DNA of 50,345 nucleotides, the filler included, from Stramenopiles sp. TOSAG23-3 (lineage: Eukaryota): assembly GCA_900128585.1 (NCBI GenBank). It is 4 parts of 4 records of this genome, joined end to end, with 100 filler letters (N's around TTAATTAATTAA, not from the genome) between each part and the next. Parts side by side here need not be neighbours in the genome. Positions count along the whole stretch, not along the records: positions 23,147 to 46,133 come from LT642319.1; positions 46,234 to 48,240 come from LT645157.1; positions 48,341 to 50,345 come from LT645158.1; 1 more part is not named here. One strand, given 5' to 3'. The translations under genes were made by a program, and so were the position numbers. The notes under the pieces were generated by a model. That model searched no databases and had not been told where the DNA came from. It saw only the letters and a list, made by a program, of their open reading frames with translations. Positions 42,381 to 50,345 of this stretch are shown here, piece by piece. How positions within the stretch are numbered: the first letter of the stretch is position 1; each line of letters opens with the position of its first letter.

Positions 42381-42800
42381 GTTTTATTTAGTCGTCCACC
42401 TTCTTTTCTTCATCTTCTTGCTTCCATCCACATGTATTCGAGTATTATTATTGTATATGGTGCTGTGTACCACCCCCCCTTCATAATAAATATACACTTT
42501 TTCTTTTTTTTTCAATTCATTATTACCGGTACACTACCGCCGCGGCGGTATTACAGCGTACCGGTCTGGTATAATATTAATACCGGTACAGGTACACCCC
42601 CTCCTCCTCCTCCAACCTCTCCTATATCAAATCAAATCTTTTACAAAGAGAAAAAAGAAACCCCGTGAATTCCTTCCATTTGTGTACCATTCATTTATTA
42701 CAAAACCCTCTACAGCTAGTAGAACTCGCCACACGCACCGTTCAATTGAAAAGGGGAGTGGGGCGGAGAAAAGCAAGGAAAGAAGGCTTATGGGAGCAGA

Positions 42801-44465
42801 ATGGAGACTGTAATTTTGGCAAGTGGGTTGAAAAAGCGGGTGGAGTCTCAAGGTTTTCCAGAGACAGTCGACTGTTTCGGGGTGTACAAAGATCGTATTG
42901 CAAAGTTGCAGATTAATGTCGGAAAAATATTAGAGAAGAGTGTTGTTCTAATTTTGGTTGACAGCAATTCTGGTTCAATGCTAGATTATTTGAACAAATT
43001 GGAGTGGTTTTTGAGCACGCTACGGCAACAACCTGTGCTCGGCTCTGATTTAGTCACCTTACTTCAAGGGTTGGTGGTGATAATTGTTACGTCTGATCCA
43101 GAACAAAAGTCACAAATTCCATATACGAATGGGGGATTTCGCAGGTACTATTTCGGGGGAAATAGCAAGGATCTCATAAATCCCTTGGGCTTGCTGTCGG
43201 GGCCCGCACTTGGTCTCAAAATACCCTGCATTTTTGAAGTCTACCGAGGTCGGCCGTCTGCAACGCGTACAGAGGGCGCGTTTACGTTACAAAATAAAGT
43301 CATATCGAACGAAAAAGGAGCAATGTTGGGCTCTACTTCAGCAGCATTAGCAAGCCCAGAAGTGCTAGTTTCGTATATGCTGGAAAAACGAAACGGTATC
43401 AAGAAAACCATGGCTTACTTAGGGTCACTCGTTTCTTTAATGTACGAGATGAGCCAGCCCACATCTGGCACACAGCCACCGAGTGAAATGGACCAGCTCC
43501 AAAACCACAGTTTAATTTCCACGGTCCCGGAAGAAGTATGGATGAAAATTTTTGACGACCATTTCTTCCCTGGTGATGTGCACGCCTTGCGTTGCCTTGC
43601 AGCTACCAGTAAACACTTTTGCGAGACGATTTCTTTGAAATATGGTAGAATGCATTTGTGTAAAGTGCCGGCTTTGAATGGTGAAGCCGACGACAAGAAG
43701 GGAAGTCCAATGGCTGATCTTTTCGACAAAACAAAATGGTCTAACACCGCCTCAGAAAATGATGTCGAAAAAACATCGACGGGAAGCCTGCAATTCGCTG
43801 CAACAATGCTAGACAAAGCGATTTGTGTAGCAGGTGGCTATTACATCCCTGTCAAACGTGCAATAGATGAAAAAGATAGAATCGGACGAGATATTTACTC
43901 CAAGGGAGATTTTGCTGCCGCAGAGACAGCATTTATAGAATGCGCAAAATTACTAGAGAGCGGCGTTCCTTTTTGTAAGACTTTAAACGACGCATCTAAC
44001 AAGACTGTAGACGACAATGATGCGACACAGACCGATATAATCCCAAAAAGTGCCGGTCACTTGGTGTATTTTGAAGTTGTAGCGATACTGTACTCGAATG
44101 CCGCCCAGGCAGCGATGAACATCGACCGCGAAGGGATGACGCGTAGCATAAAGAACTATCTACCGCTGGCGCTACAATACTTTCCAGCACACACTAAAAG
44201 CTTATGGCGCACGGGCAAAATACTTGCACTGACGGAAAAGTTTGACAGTGCAAAACACTATTTTGAGAAAGCCGAACAGTCCACGGTCAATGTGGAGCAG
44301 TTACGTCAAATCCAGAAGACGAAAAAAAAAATGAAGGCCGTACGAGAGAAAAAGACGAAAGAACTGGCCGCCAAATATGCAAAAACAGTCGAAGCCGAAT
44401 GCGAGTTGGAACGAGGGGCAATTTGGTCATCGCGTGAAGTAAGTATGTTAGAAGAGGATCAATAA
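42801..44465 (+). CDS. Protein with internal F-box-like motif and C-terminal TPRs
   Basis: ISTVPEEVWMKIFDDH...LRCLAATSKHF (F-box-like); GRDIYSKGDFAAAETAF, ILYSNAAQA, KSLWRTGKILALTEKFDSAKHYFEKA (TPR). Confidence 0.75.
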   Translation: METVILASGLKKRVESQGFPETVDCFGVYKDRIAKLQINVGKILEKSVVLILVDSNSGSMLDYLNKLEWFLSTLRQQPVLGSDLVTLLQGLVVIIVTSDPEQKSQIPYTNGGFRRYYFGGNSKDLINPLGLLSGPALGLKIPCIFEVYRGRPSATRTEGAFTLQNKVISNEKGAMLGSTSAALASPEVLVSYMLEKRNGIKKTMAYLGSLVSLMYEMSQPTSGTQPPSEMDQLQNHSLISTVPEEVWMKIFDDHFFPGDVHALRCLAATSKHFCETISLKYGRMHLCKVPALNGEADDKKGSPMADLFDKTKWSNTASENDVEKTSTGSLQFAATMLDKAICVAGGYYIPVKRAIDEKDRIGRDIYSKGDFAAAETAFIECAKLLESGVPFCKTLNDASNKTVDDNDATQTDIIPKSAGHLVYFEVVAILYSNAAQAAMNIDREGMTRSIKNYLPLALQYFPAHTKSLWRTGKILALTEKFDSAKHYFEKAEQSTVNVEQLRQIQKTKKKMKAVREKKTKELAAKYAKTVEAECELERGAIWSSREVSMLEEDQ

Positions 44466-44561
44466 ATTACGCAATGCAAATACCAGAACCTTCGAACGGC
44501 AACACTAAGCGCCTGGTTCGCACATAATGCCAAACATTATTAATATAATAGCGTGTAGAGG

Positions 44562-45644
44562 TTAGAAAAAATGGCCCCTCAAAGCTTCGGTAGCCGTGCA
44601 GCGTTGGGATGGACTATACCGTAGCATTTTCTCTAAAAGTTCGGCGGCGTTATTGCAGTCTTTGCTGTGGTAGCCAAGCATATGGGGGGTGAAAAAATGA
44701 ACCCAGGCAGCTCCGTTGCCATACACTGACGTTCCCAGCACACCAAACGTTCTTTCCAGGTTGTAGTGCAAGTTCTCTGCGAACATGTCGCCTTGACTGT
44801 CAGGGAAACTTAGGTTCATATCGTGCAGGCACTCCAAAGACGGAATTCCGAAAAAGACTATTGTACGGATGAGGTGGTCTTCCAACGAAGCGCTGCGGAA
44901 CAAGGGGACATTACCAAGCAACATTTGAGCAAATATTAGCCCAACTGAGAAGACATCGGACTTTGGGTTGACAAACGGAGAGCCGAAGCATAGCTCTGGC
45001 GCTCTGTACCACAAAGTGCAAGCTATCGGACTCGAAAGTTGGTTGTGAGGAAAGCTGTCTAAGTTTTGACCGTTATAGTAAAACCTTGAATTTCCAAAAT
45101 CTCCTATTTTAATGGAGAAATTAGTGCCGTGTGTTGAGCACATAATATTTTGTGGTTTTAGATCCCTGTGTGTCACCCCTCGGGAGTGGATAAAATCCAC
45201 GCCACGGAGAAGTTGGTGCAGTATTGTCTTTATATGCGGGGAGAAAAGCGCACCGTTATGTCGCTTGCGTTGCAGTTTATTTAACATTTGTTCTAAATTT
45301 ATACCAGCATATTCCATAACAATATACCGCATCTGATCCACTTCGACAAACGAGTCTACATACCGAACGACATTTGTGGTCTCATCGTCCCCTGCCCTAC
45401 TTCGCAGCCTTCTTAAGACTGATACTTCATGGCTCCTCCCTTGCTGTTCTGGGCTCTCGTTACTAGCAGCGGAATGAACTTGCTTTACTGCATACACAAG
45501 TCCTGCCGTCTTATCATACACTTTCAAAACCCTTCCAAAGACGCCATACCCCAATAGTTCATCGACCACCAACGTGTGTTCAGCGAAGGTTTCTGGATTA
45601 CCACTAGAAGGTTGATGTATTCCCAGGTACTTTCGTTTCGCCAT
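44562..45644 (-). CDS. CMGC-group (CDK/MAPK-like) Ser/Thr kinase
   Basis: LGYGVFGRV, YAVK, HRDLKPQN, IGDFG, TLWYRAPEL, DVFSVGLIFAQM, RCTATEALRGHFF. First ATG at 45644. Confidence 0.92.
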   Translation of the reverse strand: MAKRKYLGIHQPSSGNPETFAEHTLVVDELLGYGVFGRVLKVYDKTAGLVYAVKQVHSAASNESPEQQGRSHEVSVLRRLRSRAGDDETTNVVRYVDSFVEVDQMRYIVMEYAGINLEQMLNKLQRKRHNGALFSPHIKTILHQLLRGVDFIHSRGVTHRDLKPQNIMCSTHGTNFSIKIGDFGNSRFYYNGQNLDSFPHNQLSSPIACTLWYRAPELCFGSPFVNPKSDVFSVGLIFAQMLLGNVPLFRSASLEDHLIRTIVFFGIPSLECLHDMNLSFPDSQGDMFAENLHYNLERTFGVLGTSVYGNGAAWVHFFTPHMLGYHSKDCNNAAELLEKMLRYSPSQRCTATEALRGHFF

Positions 45645-45871
45645 TTCGCAAGTCTTTTGATCTGTTTTGATGGTATTTTTGTGTTCAGTTTTTATTATAA
45701 TTCGATTCAAATCGTTACAAATTCACATTTATTTTGTTCGTTCGTATAGTCCAGACATAACGTTTTTCATGATTTTGAAAAGACAAAACATCGCTTTGGG
45801 TAAAGGAACACTAGTATGAATACTCAACTTTCAAAGTCTGATATTTTCAATCATCATAAAATAATAAACAA

Positions 45872-46133
45872 TTCTTCTTCTTCTTCTTTTCTTCTTTTTT
45901 TTTCTTCTTTTTTTTTCTTCTTTTTTTTTCTTCTTCTTCTTCTTCTTGTTCTTGTTCTTCTTTCTTTTCTTCTTCTTCTTCTTCTTCTTCTTGTTCTTCT
46001 TCTTCTTTCTTTTCTTCTTCTTCTTTCTTTTCTTCTTCTTCTTTTTTTTATTAATTCTTCTCTCTTCTTCTTCCTTCTTCTTCTTCCTTCTTCTTCTTCT
46101 TCCTTCTTCTTCTTCTTCTTCTTCTTCTTCTTC
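45872..46133. repeat. ~260-bp (TTC)n-rich tract running into the contig end
   Basis: Read directly; the contig breaks inside it. Confidence 0.95.
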
Positions 46134-46233
46134 NNNNNNNNNNNNNNNNNNNNNNNNNNNNNNNNNNNNNNNNNNNNTTAATTAATTAANNNNNNNNNNN
46201 NNNNNNNNNNNNNNNNNNNNNNNNNNNNNNNNN
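46134..46233. other. Artificial contig-joining linker
   Basis: 44 N + TTAATTAATTAA + 44 N. Confidence 0.97.
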
Positions 46234-48240
46234 AATGACAATAAAGGTTATGTATATTTATGCCATTCGGATGTTACAAAATTTGCATGTGATGCATGGT
46301 TAGCTGCTAATGGTGGTATTTTGGATTGTTTTGTTCGTCCTATATTACCTGAGGGTGCATTGAACAAGTTTGGGAAACGAGAAAGGTATAAAGATACATG
46401 GATTAAGAAAATGACATCATGGCCTTGTGGTCCGTATAAAATTAATAATATGAAAAATATACCGCAGCCTTATTTTATTGATATTAATACAATAACTCGG
46501 TCATTTGTCGAGGATTTTAAAGATACCCCGATTACAGAATCAGATGGAGTGAAGAAAACCGTTGAACAAATTGGAGTTTGGATGGAGTTAGCTGTTGAAC
46601 AATTTGGAAAATCAAAACCGTTGTTTGGTCGAGCAAAGCATTTATTAGCATTACCTTTAATAGGGACTGGTTCAGGAGGTCTTTTTGAAGCTACTGGTTT
46701 TGTTATACGTAGTTTATTAAAAATTTTAAATGAAAAATGTGAAAAATTACAAGTCGATGTTGCATTAATTTTATATGAAAAAGATGTATATGTCGCAGCG
46801 CAAAAAGAACGTGCACGATTAACACCATATAAATATAAATTGTTTTTACATAAATATTTATTTGATTCAATAGATGAATTATCTGAAATTGCTGTTAATG
46901 GTGATCTAGCATTATTCATTGGCGCCGGTGCAAGTATGGGTGCTGGCCTGCCATCATGGTCAAAGTTACTTACTGACTTAACATCTGAGTTTTCATTAGA
47001 TATGGTACAATTTAAAAAATTAGGTTATCTCGACCAGGCAAAAATTATCGATCGTAGATTACAAGGATCAGAAAGGAGTGTAGGCCAAGAAATTAGTAAG
47101 CGGCTTAAGTCTCATTATTTTTCACTAACACACGCATTGCTACAATCATTACCAACTAAAGATGTCATCACTACTAATTATGATGTTTTATATGAAAAAG
47201 CATACAAAAATGTCGCAGAACGAAAAAAATTATCTTTACTCCCATATAATCCACAATTAAAATCAGATCGATTTCTTTTAAAAATGCATGGTTGTATTAA
47301 TCATCCAGAAGATATTGTATTGACTCGTAAAGATTATATTCGATATGCTCGGAAACGCGCTGTTTTGGGGGGTGTTTTGCAATCTACTTTATTAACCAAG
47401 CATTTGTTGTACATTGGTTTTTCATTAAACGACCCTAATTTTGATGCAATATTTGATGCAGTTCGTAACCAGGATAACAATAACCAAAAGAGTGTGGAAG
47501 ATGTTGATGGTAATAATCATAATCATAATAATAATAGTACAAATAGTAATAAAAATGTTGCAACAGAAAAACAAAATGGAAAGAAGAAAGGTCTACGTAA
47601 AACATATTCATCTGGAAATTTTAACGAAAATCGTTTTAAATTATCTGAAAGAAATACAGCAATCCTTTTAAAAAGTAGTAAACTTTCTCAAGAACTATGG
47701 GAAGATGATGTAAAAATTTTACAAATTGCAAATAATGATGGATCTGAAGATCAAATATCATTTCCAACACTTAGCCGAAGACAAGAAATTTTTCTAGATG
47801 CTTTAACAAGTCAATGTGTCTTAAAAACCGGTGTGCCATACATTTTAGAACCAAAATATAAAAATTTATTATCGAAACCTGATATTGAATTAAAAAATAT
47901 CGTTGATAATTTTATTGAGGAAATGGAAAAGAACGATGCGGTAAGAAAATCTTCCGCTTTTAATACTGTAGATAAAATGGTTCGACAATTAGGTGGAGAA
48001 ATTTTTTTCAGTAATAGAAGTTCATATGAAGTCAACAATGAAGAAGGTGATGATAGGAAGAACCGTATTGAAATAGAAAATAATGCACTCGAAACGTATT
48101 TAGATGCTATGAAAGAAGAAGCAAATGGTAATATAACAAAAGCTGTATCATTATATCAACAAGCATTTAAAATTTGGCCTGGTATTGATGAAGCAATTAA
48201 TGCTATTTGTAGAGACAAACACAAAAATTTATGGAAATCA
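46234..48240 (+). CDS. Macrodomain-like + SIR2_2 (ThsA/SIRim-type) protein with C-terminal TPR/MIT-like helices; open at both contig ends
   Basis: Frame is open from 46234 (NDNKGYVYLCHSDVTKFACDAWLAAN) to 48240. Macro-like SDVTKFACDAW and LALPLIGTGSGG; SIR2_2 LFIGAGASMGAGLPSW, ITTNYD, LKMHG, LYIGFSLNDPNF. Confidence 0.85.
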
Positions 48241-48340
48241 NNNNNNNNNNNNNNNNNNNNNNNNNNNNNNNNNNNNNNNNNNNNTTAATTAATTAANNNN
48301 NNNNNNNNNNNNNNNNNNNNNNNNNNNNNNNNNNNNNNNN
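48241..48340. other. Artificial contig-joining linker
   Basis: 44 N + TTAATTAATTAA + 44 N. Confidence 0.97.
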
Positions 48341-50312
48341 CATTTTCTATTGCCTGAAATAATGGTGGCACGGGCCACCAGGAATCGTCCGTCAATATAT
48401 TACATAAGCGTGCTTCAATGTTTTCAAATTCCGCACGTTGTTCTATATTCTTTTTGCAGTTATCCTGTGTGTCACACAATGTCGTGCCAACGCATTCTTT
48501 ATATAGACCAATTAACTTGTTATGGATATTTTTGTTGTCGGTGTCTTCTCTAGGCTTTAGTTCGTCATCCAAGTACCAGCTCTCACTTGGTCTTTTTCCT
48601 GATAAACATTCCCCGATAATTATACCAAATGAATAATTATCAATTTTATGACTAGTGAGTTTAGCCCAACGCCCAAGTTCAGGCGCACGGTAACCACATG
48701 TATAACAAACTGTCATACCTCTTGAATTGTCATTGTTTTCCAACAACTTGCTTACACCGAAATCCGTAACTTTCGCAATATTATTGCTTATCAGAATATT
48801 TTCTGGTTTTAAATCGCGGTGCACAATCCGTTTTATGCTCCCATGCTTCCGACTAAAGGCATGCATATATTTCATTGCTGATGCAATTTGATGCAACCAG
48901 AAGCACAGTTGTTTCGTTTTGATCGGATTATCGAGTTGTTTTCGAAGAGTCCCCTCAGTCGCGTATTCCAGCACAATGTAGAGGGCATCTGCTGGATTCT
49001 GCCCTGACGTTTTCCCTATAAACGATGTTTTATACTTTACAATACTTCGATGGTATAAGCACTTCAATATGTTGACTTCTTTTAAAACATCAACAGTCAT
49101 TTCATTGTCAACTTTAATAATTTCTTTTAATGCATATACGATGTTTCTGTTTTTCTTTACGTGTACCTTCCAAACAGTTCCAAATCCCCCCCTGCCAAGT
49201 AAATTTTTACAGAGCTCCCATCCTTCTAAATCTTCTTTGCCTCGTATTCCTTCGATGCGACCTCGCACACTTGCGGCCCCTAATTTCCCCCCCATGCGTT
49301 TGTATTCGTCAGCTCTACTCCCCTCGAGATTAAGCAATGGTGAGGAGTGTACATTTTCATCACTGACGTAATTCATCACATCGACAAGAAAATAATTTTC
49401 TTTCACCCAACAAATATTCCATGCATGACCATAACCCTGTAAGTCACCGCGAACTAGTCGTGTCAGTATTTCTGGTCTAGCAATGCGATCGCATAACCAC
49501 TTAAACAAAATAGAACGATGACGACATGAACCGAATTTTATTGTGCCTAGTAAAACTTCGCCGACTATTGTATCGTTTTCTGTAGATTTAGATAAAGTTT
49601 CAATGTGCTTCTCGGACTTTTCGACCACGTCAGGGTCTTGACCACCCATAGCAGTGCAGACGTAACTTGCAATACACTCAATTAGTTTTACCGTATCGTT
49701 AGTGCCCAGTTCATATATTTTTTGAGTTACGTCACGGTAATGTTTTTCCAAACTATGATCTCTTTTTGTGTCAATAACAATAACTTCGCGATTATTCGCC
49801 TCCTCTGCCATGTCTTTTACAGTTCCCAATGTTGCACCTCTACCACCATCGTAGAAAGATACATTTTTATCGTCAGAAGAATACAACAAATCATCAAAAT
49901 CGAGCATATGTTTCACTTTGTATTTGATTGCGGGACTTGTGTTTACCATTTCTTCAAGTAGCATTTCCGCCAAGTGCTTAGCAATGTCTCCTTCGTTTCT
50001 ATCCCTTACTACTTTTACCTTTAAATATAAAGGAATAGTTGCAGTTGAGTTTTCTTTAAATTTTTGCGATAGATCATCAAGCCATTTCGCATAGTCCTTT
50101 TCACATGAACATTTTTCAAAGTCTTCTTCAAAACAGTTGACATTTCTTTCTTGCGTATTTGAGTTCATGTCGTCAGTTTCAGACACAGAGCTAACCGCGC
50201 CAGCTTCCCTACTCTGTGATTCACTAGGAAGCAAATCAGACAAACTGAAGTCTACGAGTCCTCGTATGTCTGGTAGCAAGTCTGTGTCTGGTAGCCAACT
50301 GTTACTCTCCAT
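48341..50312 (-). CDS. EDR1/CTR1/ARMC3-type peptidase-like domain fused to a protein kinase; 3' truncated
   Basis: FYDGG; REVIVIDTKRDHSL; YVCTAMGG; GSCRHRSILFKWLCD; LVRG...HAWN...LVDVM; kinase LGRGGFGTVW, ALK, HRDLKPEN, DFG, YRAPE. Confidence 0.9.
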
Positions 50313-50345
50313 GGAAGCATAATCAACATCAGAATAATTAGTGAG

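Noticed and set aside
23047-48340. TTAATTAATTAA palindrome repeated three times inside N runs
   Set aside because: Identical 44N-12-44N design with stops in all frames: a synthetic contig linker, not biology.
46234-50312. Apparent defence-like cluster of the macro-SIR2 gene next to the EDR1-kinase (and the CMGC kinase)
   Set aside because: The genes are on separate contigs joined by linkers, so adjacency carries no information.

Overview
Gene-dense, almost intron-free nuclear DNA of a flagellated microbial eukaryote (standard genetic code; IFT140, SFI1-like, PKD2-like and TSNAXIP1-like genes; a heterotrophic stramenopile is my guess, not established). The window is not contiguous. Three artificial 100-nt linkers (44 N + TTAATTAATTAA + 44 N at 23047-23146, 46134-46233, 48241-48340) join four contigs. 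About 21 protein genes are present, often in alternating orientation, with short convergent spacers and long AT-rich 5' spacers carrying (TTC)n tracts. The most notable item is a small, markedly AT-rich contig (46234-48240) encoding a macrodomain-like + SIR2_2 (ThsA/SIRim-type NADase-like) + helical-repeat protein that resembles a one-chain sensor-effector immune module. Other points: (1) a 27-35 bp identical non-coding element recurs only in convergent 3'-3' spacers; (2) a TSNAXIP1-like gene is split by a +1 frameshift; (3) a cysteine dioxygenase has an extra N-terminal domain; (4) a NO66-like JmjC oxygenase has a signal peptide; (5) a PKD2-like channel has N-terminal EF-hands; (6) two candidate promoter motifs recur; (7) a single spliceosomal intron completes a MAPEG gene. 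All family calls come from motif recognition by eye; no searches were run.
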